Source: Candidatus Aenigmatarchaeota archaeon (GTDB taxonomy: Archaea > Aenigmatarchaeota > Aenigmatarchaeia > QMZP01). Taken from it: 64,000 nucleotides of DNA. Both the position numbers and the translations under genes were made by a program. The notes under the pieces were generated by a model that was not told where the DNA came from, made no database searches, and saw only the letters and a program-made list of their open reading frames with translations. The stretch covers positions 107,816-171,815 of the forward strand of contig JBDRSV010000024.1 in NCBI GenBank assembly GCA_043824495.1. The letters are read 5' to 3'. Each line of letters opens with the position of its first letter. Within the stretch, counting starts at the first letter, position 1. Below are positions 40,777 through 50,378 of this stretch, piece by piece.

Positions 40777-41322
40777 TTAGTCCTTCTCAGCCTTCTGAAG
40801 TTTCAGACAAATGGTCTCACCGTCAGTTGCGTGGTCGTAGTCAAATGTAGTCGCAAATTTGGCGCTCCCGATCTTGATTCGAGCGTGAATCTGACACTTC
40901 TTGGGAATACTCGGGAGAGTTATCTCCCCACGAATGATCGTAGAGCCGCCTTCAGTGTCCTCATCATCTATCTTGAAGTAGACGATGGTCCCATTCGGAG
41001 TTGCGATACAGTCATCGCCGTGGCATACTTCGGCTTTGACGGTGACTGAAGCACGAACAAAGTCGAGATCGAAATCGGTGTTCCCATCAGCCGTGTCATA
41101 ATCCAGACGTGCTTCGTACAACTCGCCGTCGATTGTTACGAATGCTTCAAGCGATCCAGCCGCGAGGACGCCCATTAAGACGATGATACCGTTTTCTTTC
41201 ACGGTGGCACGATTTTCTTCGCTTGCGTCGCCTGCGTCATTACCAAATAATACTGAGATGCCTTTTGGTATTAGCTCAGTATCTTCGTAATAGGCGGTCA
41301 GTTGAAGTGTCGTTTTATCCAT
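40777..41322 (-). CDS. Hypothetical beta-rich acidic protein with two internal repeats
   Basis: Repeated pattern (ARLDYDTADG / TTFDYDHATDG); GGAGG SD. Confidence 0.7.
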   Translation of the reverse strand: MDKTTLQLTAYYEDTELIPKGISVLFGNDAGDASEENRATVKENGIIVLMGVLAAGSLEAFVTIDGELYEARLDYDTADGNTDFDLDFVRASVTVKAEVCHGDDCIATPNGTIVYFKIDDEDTEGGSTIIRGEITLPSIPKKCQIHARIKIGSAKFATTFDYDHATDGETICLKLQKAEKD

Positions 41323-41367
41323 TTATCCTTTGCCCTCCTTGTATGGTTTGCCTGTTCCATATAGGCG

Positions 41368-42270
41368 TTATAAACTGACTGTCACAAGAATGTGGTGTGA
41401 CTTGTCCCCATATTCACTTTGGCGCATTGGCAAGAGCATTACTCTACCAATCTTGCCTCCTATATAGTACCAGGAGGATTTAACACCGAACTCGTATCCG
41501 CCTCCGAGAAGAAGGAGGTATTTCCCATGCTGCCAGGCAAACGCCTTGTCAGCACCGATTCCAACATTTCCGGATTTCGTATCACCGAAGGTCTCAAAGC
41601 CCAGGCCGTGGAAGAGGCCAACAGAACTAGAGAAGACCCATTTACCCTTTCTGAAGTTCTGGTAGGCATCGAATCGTGTAGCTTGAATTCTTGCAGATCT
41701 CAGAAAACCGAGAACTGATGATTCTTTGTGATTAAGTTTCCATTCAAACCTGGTTCCAAAGTCCAAGTCCCACATGTTCTGGGATGGTTCGGTGATCCAT
41801 ATGGGACCGCCAGGAATGTACTCGGTTCCGGGAGCAATGAAATTGACAGTTCTCGTTCTCACCCAGATTCTTCGAGCCCCGATAGCAAGTCGAAATTTTC
41901 CAGGAAGAACTCCGAGAGCAAACCGAATATTCGTCGTTGTGGCGATTTTTTGGAAGTCGGTCTGTGCAGGTGGTACGCCTTCTGATTGAGTGTAACCACC
42001 GAGACCCATTAGAGTAAAGCTAGTCTCGGTACCCAGTGGGCGGAGAAGGAACGGGAGCTTGTACGAGGCTCCAGATTCTATTACCCAGAAATCTGTCCGC
42101 GAACCATACATCCCGTCTGTTGGGGTCTTGAGAATGTAGGTGAAGACTGACGAGTTGTCGTAAATTGGTGGTGGTTTGGCATCCACTTTCACCGGAGACA
42201 CTACCACCACAAACAGTGTCACTGCTGCGATGATGTTACGCATCGAGACCCTCGCGATAACTTTATGCAT
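41368..42270 (-). CDS. Secreted protein resembling an outer-membrane beta-barrel
   Basis: Signal peptide; alternating aromatic/Gly strands; C-terminus HILVTVSL. Confidence 0.55.
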   Translation of the reverse strand: MHKVIARVSMRNIIAAVTLFVVVVSPVKVDAKPPPIYDNSSVFTYILKTPTDGMYGSRTDFWVIESGASYKLPFLLRPLGTETSFTLMGLGGYTQSEGVPPAQTDFQKIATTTNIRFALGVLPGKFRLAIGARRIWVRTRTVNFIAPGTEYIPGGPIWITEPSQNMWDLDFGTRFEWKLNHKESSVLGFLRSARIQATRFDAYQNFRKGKWVFSSSVGLFHGLGFETFGDTKSGNVGIGADKAFAWQHGKYLLLLGGGYEFGVKSSWYYIGGKIGRVMLLPMRQSEYGDKSHHILVTVSL

Positions 42271-42503
42271 CGAAACCCCCTTGGCTGAACGCCGTGACCG
42301 AGTCTATAGAAATCTCTCTACTTCTATCTCAACACGAAAGACGATTTACTTGACTTTCGTGATTAAGTGGTTACCTAAATACAAATACCAGCACTGAGAT
42401 GAGATTAATCTTCTCAGATAAATGCTGGGTTAAAGGTGTGTTTAGTTGAAAAACATGAATATAGAGGATTCTTGATAATAAACTTTTAAAAAGTAGGTGA
42501 ACC

Positions 42504-43331
42504 TTAAAATAGGCCGAATTTCTTCTTTTTGAACTGTTTATAGAATTCTGTCTGAGTTTTGATGGTAAATGTTTGTGTTATTGAGATTCCCAATAACATT
42601 ATTATTGCTCCTATTATTATGCTAACAGATCCTGATTGTAATGCTTTGAATAGTTCTGCTTCACTTCCGCCCATCATTGCGGCTGGTCCCAATGCTAGTG
42701 CAATTGCTCCTAATAATGGTAATGAGAATATGAATAATATTACCAACACAAGAAGTGTGATTATTATCCAAATTAAAATTACACGAAGAGGACTCTTTGT
42801 GACTATGTGGTAAGAGTCTTTTAGGGAATTGAGTATTCCATTCTTCTTAATGACTAATGACTGTAAGCTGAAGAAGAACAGTATTGAGATTATTACAGAT
42901 ACTATGGTTGATAGAACAGGACCAGCAAATGGTATTGCTCCGGCTATGGTACTGAAAATCATTGATATTATTGATATTAGTATAACCAAACCTAAACCTG
43001 GTAAGAATTTAGAGTAACCAACACTCCAGCTCTTACTCACTTCCTTTTCTTTATCGCTCTGATGTATAAGAGCTATTGTTAAGTATAGATTTAGTAATGT
43101 CCATACAGCAAACAAGAACACAAGTGAGACGATGAATCCACCTAAACTAAACAGAGCAAGTGGGTTTATAGCAGCTTCAGTTATCACAGATAATATTGAT
43201 TCTAAATTAGTTGCTGCGAGACCAAATGCTACTAAGAAGAATACTAAATGGAGTATGAAAAATGGTAACCATCTTCGAGGTGAAAACCCGAATTTGAATC
43301 CCTTCTCCAATGCATCTCCATAATTGAGCAT
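42504..43331 (-). CDS. Multi-TM membrane protein
   Basis: About six hydrophobic helices. Confidence 0.8.
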   Translation of the reverse strand: MLNYGDALEKGFKFGFSPRRWLPFFILHLVFFLVAFGLAATNLESILSVITEAAINPLALFSLGGFIVSLVFLFAVWTLLNLYLTIALIHQSDKEKEVSKSWSVGYSKFLPGLGLVILISIISMIFSTIAGAIPFAGPVLSTIVSVIISILFFFSLQSLVIKKNGILNSLKDSYHIVTKSPLRVILIWIIITLLVLVILFIFSLPLLGAIALALGPAAMMGGSEAELFKALQSGSVSIIIGAIIMLLGISITQTFTIKTQTEFYKQFKKKKFGLF

Positions 43332-43345
43332 AATTATACTTTACC

Positions 43346-43753
43346 TTACTTTCTTATAAACATTGATTTTCGCTTATCTATTATTATAATGTAACCTATT
43401 ATTGCAAAGAATAGCATAACCAATGTATATGGGAATAGTATTCCGGTTATGAAAAACAGATAACCTATAAATCCCCCAACAATAGCGAATATGACAACTG
43501 TCCACCCATAAAAATTCCCATCAGATGGCATTACAGCTTCAATTAAAACTAATAGACCGACAACGAAAACTATAGAACTTATGAATAAATCGAGAGCGCC
43601 AAATACACCTGAAAAAAGTAAAGCCCCAGCAACAAATCCCTTTGCTGCACTCTTGGGATGAAAAAATGGTTGTTCAATCATATACCTATCCATAAACCCC
43701 ATGTGAAGTTGGTGTGTCTGTCTTTTCAATAGCAAAATAATCTTTGATTCCAT
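43346..43753 (-). CDS. Small membrane protein
   Basis: Four hydrophobic helices; the start is probably MGFMD. Confidence 0.7.
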   Translation of the reverse strand: MESKIILLLKRQTHQLHMGFMDRYMIEQPFFHPKSAAKGFVAGALLFSGVFGALDLFISSIVFVVGLLVLIEAVMPSDGNFYGWTVVIFAIVGGFIGYLFFITGILFPYTLVMLFFAIIGYIIIIDKRKSMFIRK

Positions 43754-44201
43754 TTCTGTAATTGAGTATTAAATTTCTACACTTTGCTATGTAACCTTGT
43801 CTAACTCTATCGTAAAACAAATAGGAATACATGTACCATATAGGTTTTAAGATAATACTTTTGCCACCAAAACTTGTTCTAATAGCGCCTTGTAGTTGTA
43901 AACTAAAATCTCCAGATTTGTCTTTTTTTGATGTGTGCCCTTGAACTTTTATTTTTATGTAAGCATCAGAATGTCTACTGAGTTTTACTCTCACCCACCA
44001 TTTAGAGAAAAAAGAAGTTGGATCACTTGAAACGTCCCAATTAAGTTGTGTTTGAGCAGTACCTGAGGAACTCACGTGGAAAAATGGCTTTAGACTTCCC
44101 GATATTCTTTTAACAACATCAAATGAATTTGGACCTTGGTATTTAACATAGCTAAATCTGTCTGGTGCAAGACAGTCATCTTGAATTTGCAACTTTCCCA
44201 T
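43686..44201 (-). CDS. Hypothetical protein, probable paralog of 44209-44748
   Basis: KLQIQDDCL vs KLVMEDNCF; similar W/Y-rich C-terminal helix. Confidence 0.75.
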   Translation of the reverse strand: MGKLQIQDDCLAPDRFSYVKYQGPNSFDVVKRISGSLKPFFHVSSSGTAQTQLNWDVSSDPTSFFSKWWVRVKLSRHSDAYIKIKVQGHTSKKDKSGDFSLQLQGAIRTSFGGKSIILKPIWYMYSYLFYDRVRQGYIAKCRNLILNYRNGIKDYFAIEKTDTPTSHGVYG

Positions 44202-44208
44202 AATTACC

Positions 44209-44748
44209 TCAGCTCGTTTCTACTTTAACATCTTCTGAGTTCTTGTTTAATTCCTCGAAGAATTCTCTCATTTTTCTTTGTAAATAAACAGTCATGTGTC
44301 TACAGTCTTCTGCATACTCTTCTCTTTTTCCGTGATAGAATAATCTATGCCAAAGAGTTCTCATCATTTCGTAAAATAATGTTCTTTGCCATATTGTATC
44401 TTGTGGATATTCTGTTCTTAATAGGCCCCTGATATCTATTTTTGCATTCCCCGTCTTCTCATTTCCTTGTGCAGATAGGTCTATTCTAACAAAAAGATAT
44501 GTGTTCAAATCCATATCTTTGTGTATCCACCATCGTACCTTTATCTTATCTCCCTCTTTACCTTTTCCGTAAGAATAATCAGTTTCTTGTATATCGCTAT
44601 CAGCGACTTTGAATATATTTTTCATGCCTTCGTATAGGCCGTTATAGAGCTTGATTACGTTCGGACCAACAAACTTCATTGTTATTCCACCTGGCTCTTC
44701 CTCAAAGCAATTGTCCTCCATAACTAACTTTGTTCTTGCAAAAACCAT
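44209..44748 (-). CDS. Hypothetical protein, probable paralog of 43686-44201
   Basis: Shares the patterns noted for 43686-44201. Confidence 0.75.
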   Translation of the reverse strand: MVFARTKLVMEDNCFEEEPGGITMKFVGPNVIKLYNGLYEGMKNIFKVADSDIQETDYSYGKGKEGDKIKVRWWIHKDMDLNTYLFVRIDLSAQGNEKTGNAKIDIRGLLRTEYPQDTIWQRTLFYEMMRTLWHRLFYHGKREEYAEDCRHMTVYLQRKMREFFEELNKNSEDVKVETS

Positions 44749-44772
44749 TAAATCACCAACTTATGTATTTAT

Positions 44773-44982
44773 TTGTCTCTAGGAAATAAATATAAGTATA
44801 GGTGTTCTATGTTTGGATTGATAGGTATCATTGTAGGAATTCTAATGTTCCTTATTGGAGTATTTTTATTTTTCTTTTTTCCGTCGAATGCGTCTCATCA
44901 GTCAAGTAGTTTCGCTCTAACGGGTATTTTAATAGGACTCTTGTTAATGATTATAGGTGCAGTTTTAATATTTTTACCGTAG
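44773..44982 (+). CDS. Small 2-TM protein
   Basis: Hydrophobic ORF. Confidence 0.55.
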   Translation: MSLGNKYKYRCSMFGLIGIIVGILMFLIGVFLFFFFPSNASHQSSSFALTGILIGLLLMIIGAVLIFLP

Positions 44983-44989
44983 GTGAATT

Positions 44990-46540
44990 ATGGGATTAAT
45001 AATAGATGACTTTAGGGATTGGGCAATGGAGTCAGGACCTTTGACAGGCACAGCTGTATGTGGATCTCCTTTCGAAATGCAGATAATTTTAGATTATACA
45101 GGACTTAGGGGAAGCGGTTCTAACATATATTATTCTCTAATATACCAAGCACCTAAATGGAACTTCAAGGTCAAAAAAGTAGACGAATGGATAGAAGTTA
45201 CACCAGCTTTTGCTGATTATTATAATATAACTATTGCACAAAAGCAAAAGATAGAGGGTGCAATTAAATCTGGGTTAGCTTCTGCTTCCCAATCTGTTGC
45301 TGATTATGAACTACTTGCTCACGATGCAAGAAGATATAGAGAAATAATAGATTATTTCAAGGAGGGTCAAAAAGACGATCATGTTCTACGTTCTCTGTTC
45401 CTTGACAGAGTGGATGTGTATACAGGAGATAATTACTCTCTTGTTACAATGGCTAAGAGGTGGCCAACAATAATAACTGATTTCATAAGAATGGAGAGTG
45501 CTTGGACGAATCCAGACATAATTCCGGAGGATAAGCAAGTTAAGCTCATAATGAATAATCTTGATGTTTCTCAAGCTGAAGCTACTATTCTGAAAACAAA
45601 GAATCAGCTGTTCAGAAAGTGGAAAGTAATGTTTTTCCCTGTTGTTAAGGATAGATATGCAAGAATACAGGCCATGGTTGAAGCAAGAAGAAAATCAATT
45701 GACGAATACAAGAACTGGCTTAAACCGTATGTGGCTAAATACAGAATGATAAGAGAGAAAACCGAATTAAATCCAAAAGAATATGTTTCAAATGCTTATA
45801 TGACTCCTGGTTTTGGTCAATCCCAAGCATCTACAGGAGTAAGATTATGGTTCTTTAAAGTGTTCCCTCCAGAACAAATGGGTAAATCAGAATCAGTTAG
45901 AAGTGACGGAAAATTCATGATAAATCCTTATGATGACTTAGTCAAAGAGTGGAAAAAGAAAATAGAAGAAAAGTATGGCGTTGAAATAACAGATGACGAA
46001 GTAAAAAAACTCCTCAAAGAAAAATCATCAGGAGACAATCCTGAAATGGATCCTGGTGAGATATATTATATTCTAATAGACCTGAATATAGAACTTGCTC
46101 TAACCAAAACACCTCCTCCACAAGGGTCAGAACAAGACAATTTGATGTTTAAACCTGTGAGAGCATGGGTAATGTCTCAGAATGTTTTGTTAATTCATTT
46201 ACTTGAAATATATGCAATAGAGAAAAGTTTTGATAAATATGTAAATGAGATGGTTGGAGCTCCTAGTATAGAAAAAAATATTCTAGAAAATATAGAAAAG
46301 GAGTTTGAGGAGCCTAAAACAGAGAAAATGACAGGATTGAAAAACGCTGGAAGAAAGATCAATAGAGCTGGAAGAATATTTAGGAAGGGTGGAGAAAAGA
46401 TATTTTACGTGTTTGTAAAGAAAGGTCCATATGAAACCGTTTTCGAGGAAAGAGTATCAAAGATGTATATGCGTGGTGCTGGTGGACAGTATGGTAGGGT
46501 AATAGGCTTCATACAACAAAAAATGGGCGTTGGTAATTAG
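44990..46540 (+). CDS. Hypothetical protein (516 aa)
   Basis: Long ORF with host-like codon usage; GGTGA SD. Confidence 0.85.
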   Translation: MGLIIDDFRDWAMESGPLTGTAVCGSPFEMQIILDYTGLRGSGSNIYYSLIYQAPKWNFKVKKVDEWIEVTPAFADYYNITIAQKQKIEGAIKSGLASASQSVADYELLAHDARRYREIIDYFKEGQKDDHVLRSLFLDRVDVYTGDNYSLVTMAKRWPTIITDFIRMESAWTNPDIIPEDKQVKLIMNNLDVSQAEATILKTKNQLFRKWKVMFFPVVKDRYARIQAMVEARRKSIDEYKNWLKPYVAKYRMIREKTELNPKEYVSNAYMTPGFGQSQASTGVRLWFFKVFPPEQMGKSESVRSDGKFMINPYDDLVKEWKKKIEEKYGVEITDDEVKKLLKEKSSGDNPEMDPGEIYYILIDLNIELALTKTPPPQGSEQDNLMFKPVRAWVMSQNVLLIHLLEIYAIEKSFDKYVNEMVGAPSIEKNILENIEKEFEEPKTEKMTGLKNAGRKINRAGRIFRKGGEKIFYVFVKKGPYETVFEERVSKMYMRGAGGQYGRVIGFIQQKMGVGN

Positions 46541-46639
46541 TTTAGAATTTTCTTTTCGTAGTGGTTTATATAAACTGAAATCAATATACATTCAGCTATT
46601 GGTATAAACTTTATAAACTAATAATTTGTTTATCAAACA

Positions 46640-47893
46640 GTGATTTGGATGGCTAAAAATAAAAAAATAACTAAGAGAGCAGTTAAGAAATCGGTTAAGA
46701 AAACAGCTGAAAAGCCAGCTAAGACTGCCAAATCAAAATCTAAACCTACTCCTAAGACCAAGAAACTAACACCAGAACAAGAAGCAAAAGAGCTTGATGA
46801 TGAAAAGCTAGAAAGAATAGATCTTCTAAAGAAATTCACAAAGGATGTTTTGAAAGAGTATGGTCAGCTAATTAGAGCTATAGTATTATTTGGTTCTACT
46901 GCTAGAGGCGGGTTCAAGAAGCACTCTGATATTGATATTTTTGTTATAGTTGATGATACAAGAGAGAAAATCACTCCTATGCTTAGAGATAAACTAGAAG
47001 ACGATTTAGACAAAATAGCTAAGAGCTGCTCAAAGAAAATGTCTGTGCAGCAACCTTACATGCTCACTGAATTCTGGAGACTTGTGAGAGAAGGTCATCC
47101 AATTGTTTTCAATTTCATAAGAGAAGGAGTTCCCGTATTTGACAGAGACATGTTTTTACCTATCAAGAGATTACTTCAAATAGGAGAGATAAAGCCGTCT
47201 CAAGAAGCTGTTGAGAAATTTATTGAGAGAGGACCTAAGAGAATCAAAAGAGTAGAAAACGCAAAGATGTATATGGTAGTTGAAGACTGCTATTATGCTA
47301 TGCTTGAAAGCGCTCAGGCTGTTCTTATGTTTATGGGTAAAATACCTCCAAGACCTACTGATGCTCCAGAGAGTTTGAGAAAAGCTCTTGTAAAAATGAA
47401 ATTAATTGATGAGGAAAGTGTCAAATTCCTTGAAGATATCATAGATCTAAGAAAAAAGGTTGAACACAAAGAGGTTAATTCTGTTTCTGGTGCAGATCTT
47501 GATGTATGGATAGAGAAAACAAAGAAATTCGTAAAAAAGATGCAAGACACAATAATGGAAATAGAGTTGATAAAGAGAGAGAATATGGTTGAGAAATCAT
47601 ACACAATTATGAATGAGACTGCTATCACTCTTCTAAAATCAATAGAAAAAGCACCTAAAAAAGAAGATCCAATATCAAAAGCATTTGATACATATTTAGT
47701 AAAACCTGGTGTAGTTTCTGATAAATATTTGAGTGTATTAAATGAGCTTGAAGAGATGCATAGAATTGTGCATGAAGGAAAGATTACAACAATACCAAAG
47801 CAGGATATTCTTGTGAACAGAGAGTATGTTAGAAAGTTCATAACGGAAGCGGGCAAGATTCTACGAAAGAAGAACAAAGAGCCTGATGTTTAA
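46640..47893 (+). CDS. Nucleotidyltransferase (MNT)-HEPN fusion protein
   Basis: LFGSTARG...SDIDIFVIVDD; CYYAMLESAQAVL...RKKVEH. Confidence 0.8.
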   Translation: MIWMAKNKKITKRAVKKSVKKTAEKPAKTAKSKSKPTPKTKKLTPEQEAKELDDEKLERIDLLKKFTKDVLKEYGQLIRAIVLFGSTARGGFKKHSDIDIFVIVDDTREKITPMLRDKLEDDLDKIAKSCSKKMSVQQPYMLTEFWRLVREGHPIVFNFIREGVPVFDRDMFLPIKRLLQIGEIKPSQEAVEKFIERGPKRIKRVENAKMYMVVEDCYYAMLESAQAVLMFMGKIPPRPTDAPESLRKALVKMKLIDEESVKFLEDIIDLRKKVEHKEVNSVSGADLDVWIEKTKKFVKKMQDTIMEIELIKRENMVEKSYTIMNETAITLLKSIEKAPKKEDPISKAFDTYLVKPGVVSDKYLSVLNELEEMHRIVHEGKITTIPKQDILVNREYVRKFITEAGKILRKKNKEPDV

Positions 47894-47902
47894 ACATAGT
47901 GC

Positions 47903-48166
47903 TTAAATAGACAATAGTTTATTTTTTTTATTTTTTCTATGACCAATTTTTAGAACCAATATCAATAGATTATCTTTTTCTATAGCCAGAATTATTCTAT
48001 GGTCACCTACCCGAAGCCTGTATCCGGGAAATCCTACAAGTTTTTTAACAAACTTCTCAGGACGTATTTTTATTCTATCCAGAACTACAACAATGTGTTC
48101 TTGAGTTTTCTTATCTAATTTGTCAAACTGTTTTTTGGAGTGCAAAGAAAAAAGAATCTGATACAT
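47903..48166 (-). CDS. RelE/ParE-family toxin
   Basis: QFDKLDK...YRLRVGDHRII...KIGHRKN. Confidence 0.88.
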   Translation of the reverse strand: MYQILFSLHSKKQFDKLDKKTQEHIVVVLDRIKIRPEKFVKKLVGFPGYRLRVGDHRIILAIEKDNLLILVLKIGHRKNKKNKLLSI

Positions 48167-48384
48167 TAATTCTTCATCTCCTTCTTAATTTGCTCCATAG
48201 TATAAAATTTACCTTCTATTATCTCCTTTCGTGAAAGTTCTATTTCTTTCTTTGTCTCTTCACTTAGTTCCGCTGTGTCTTCTATCATGTCCCAAATAAC
48301 TTCTTCATAGCTTTCGCTGTTAGAAAATTTACGTTCTGTTAGAACCTTCTGAAGGTTTTCTGATACCTGAATTGTTGTTACCAT
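48166..48384 (-). CDS. Antitoxin (RHH-like)
   Basis: VTTIQVSENL...SYEEVIWDMIE; upstream of the RelE gene. Confidence 0.8.
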   Translation of the reverse strand: MVTTIQVSENLQKVLTERKFSNSESYEEVIWDMIEDTAELSEETKKEIELSRKEIIEGKFYTMEQIKKEMKN

Positions 48385-48434
48385 AGTAATCTATAGTGTG
48401 TTATAGTTTATAAAGGTTTCAGATTAAAACATGT

Positions 48435-48974
48435 TCAGTGTGTATTCTTTTCTATAAATTCTATAACTTTCTCAGCTACTTGTTCTGCTGTTATGTGAGA
48501 ACTGTCAACAATAATATCGTAATGTTTTTCTGCTAGATGATCTAGATTGTAATATTTTTTGTATCTGAATAAATCACTTTCTTCTCTTTCTTCTAGTGCT
48601 TTTTTTGTTTCTTCTAGATCTTTGAACTTTTCATCTATTCTTTCGTCTTGGAAAACTCTTTGAGCTCTTTTTTCTAGATTAGCTGTTATGAAAACCTTAA
48701 TTGATTGTGGTATGAAATAGAAACATAATCTACCATCAACAACTAGATTATCTTCTGTTTCTCCAAGCTTCTTTACGTAATCATCCACTTCTTTGTCAGT
48801 GAAATCTTCTTTCTCTCCGATCTTGTTGAATTCAGCTAGACTTATTCTTCTATCACTGGCCATTTTCCCTCTGAGATCACCTATAGAATAATGTTGATAT
48901 CCAAGTCTTTCTGCAACTATTTTACCAACACTCGATTTACCTGATCCAGCTTTACCAGAAATTGTTATAATCAT
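48435..48974 (-). CDS. cmk: Archaeal-type cytidylate kinase
   Basis: ITISGKAGSGKS; VVDGRL; IVDSS. Confidence 0.85.
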   Translation of the reverse strand: MIITISGKAGSGKSSVGKIVAERLGYQHYSIGDLRGKMASDRRISLAEFNKIGEKEDFTDKEVDDYVKKLGETEDNLVVDGRLCFYFIPQSIKVFITANLEKRAQRVFQDERIDEKFKDLEETKKALEEREESDLFRYKKYYNLDHLAEKHYDIIVDSSHITAEQVAEKVIEFIEKNTH

Positions 48975-49016
48975 AATTCTCTGTATATATTTAAGGATTT
49001 GTGATTAAAATAAATC

Positions 49017-49112
49017 ATGACCACAAAAAAGACATATTTCAGATACCTGCTTCTACTGGTTGTGATAATAATAATTATTTTAGCTGCTTCTGGCTTTTTC
49101 TTAGGTCTGTAA
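49017..49112 (+). CDS. Possible 31-aa single-TM peptide
   Basis: MTTKKTYFRYLLLLVVIIIIILAASGFFLGL; fills the gap exactly, downstream of a TATTTAAG box. Confidence 0.4.
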   Translation: MTTKKTYFRYLLLLVVIIIIILAASGFFLGL

Positions 49113-50003
49113 TTATCTGACCATGTCAGCTAATTTATCAAGAATGCCTAGTATGTATTTGTCTTTATCAGGATCATCTATAATTAAAGTTCCTTTGGTG
49201 TTCAATGACATAGATTCTCTTATCAAATACTCTAGGTTTAGGTCAGACTTTGATAGAGGAATTGTCCTAGTCATTCCAGAAGGGCCGTAAGATACCCCTG
49301 AGAAGAAGAAATAAGCACTGTTTAGCCATTGCTGACCAATAGATGCTCTCACCTCGTTGAGAATCTGTTTGAAATCGTTCTGTACCCTGAGAGCTCCTGC
49401 GCCTCTTGCATGAACATGAGCCCAGTTAATTACTGGTTCTGTTGATTGTGTTCTCTTTACTATGTCTATAACATCTTCTAAACTACCAACTTCGTTCGTT
49501 TTACCTGTTGTTTCTATTCCTATAGTTGTTGTTGTTCTTTCTCCTGTGATTATTTCATTTATTTTGTATACCACAAGCTTCTGTGCCTGATCTCTAGGCA
49601 TCATTGTGTAAAATGTGGGTGGTAGTATTAGAATTCTACAATCCATTATAGATGTGATTGTGACTAAAATCTTGAGCATTTCATCTAATTGTTCTGGGTT
49701 ATCTGGGAACTTAGTAACATGAATTGAGAGTTCAATGTTGAATTTATTTGCCAATTCTTTTATTTTTAATAAATTTCCGTAATGGACCTTGTATAAGTCA
49801 GTTGATGTTTTAACATTTTTGAATAGATCGTATGGAAGAACAAATGCTTTCAAACCAATTCTGTATAATTCCTTCAGAACTTCTAGAGCATCTTCAACTG
49901 TTTTTACAACAGGTATTTTTGATGTTCCATGTGCGATCCCTAGTCTCATGCCTAGCCTTTCTTGGATCTTCAATGTCTTCTTACGTATAATCATGTCTTG
50001 CAT
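49113..50003 (-). CDS. Endonuclease IV-like TIM barrel, degenerate
   Basis: SIH; GIETTGK; NWAHVHAR; FFSGVSYG. Confidence 0.75.
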   Translation of the reverse strand: MQDMIIRKKTLKIQERLGMRLGIAHGTSKIPVVKTVEDALEVLKELYRIGLKAFVLPYDLFKNVKTSTDLYKVHYGNLLKIKELANKFNIELSIHVTKFPDNPEQLDEMLKILVTITSIMDCRILILPPTFYTMMPRDQAQKLVVYKINEIITGERTTTTIGIETTGKTNEVGSLEDVIDIVKRTQSTEPVINWAHVHARGAGALRVQNDFKQILNEVRASIGQQWLNSAYFFFSGVSYGPSGMTRTIPLSKSDLNLEYLIRESMSLNTKGTLIIDDPDKDKYILGILDKLADMVR

Positions 50004-50151
50004 AATTTCTCTTGCTATATTATTGTTGAGCTGGTAGAAAAGCCTTATTTAGGCTTCAGCATCTACTTTTTAGTAGTATAACACTGTTATAATACTGGTC
50101 TAGCCCCTATAAATAGATAATACCCACTCTTAGAAAGAGAAAAAAAGGAAA

Positions 50152-50376
50152 TCAGAGTCCTGTGAGAGCTCCTTCAATATCGTCTAAATTAAGGTCTTGT
50201 ATGGCTTGTTCAAGCTCAATTTCAAGCGTGTTTTCTGCTGCCTGTTGTACTTGTGCATTAACTACGTTGCCTGTTGTCCCGTCTCCAGTGCCATCAATTG
50301 GTTCTGTGCTAGGAGTTGTACAACCACTGACCACAAGAACCGCGAACAAGAAAAGTAGAGGGAGAATTGCTTTCAT
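50152..50376 (-). CDS. Small lipoprotein-like protein
   Basis: VVSGC lipobox-like signal. Confidence 0.7.
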   Translation of the reverse strand: MKAILPLLFLFAVLVVSGCTTPSTEPIDGTGDGTTGNVVNAQVQQAAENTLEIELEQAIQDLNLDDIEGALTGL

Positions 50377-50378
50377 AT

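Larger units (their letters stand above)
40208..42430. mobile_element. GC-rich island D
   Basis: Three minus-strand genes with GGAGG/GGGG SD sites; compositional shift; right boundary approximate. Confidence 0.6.
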
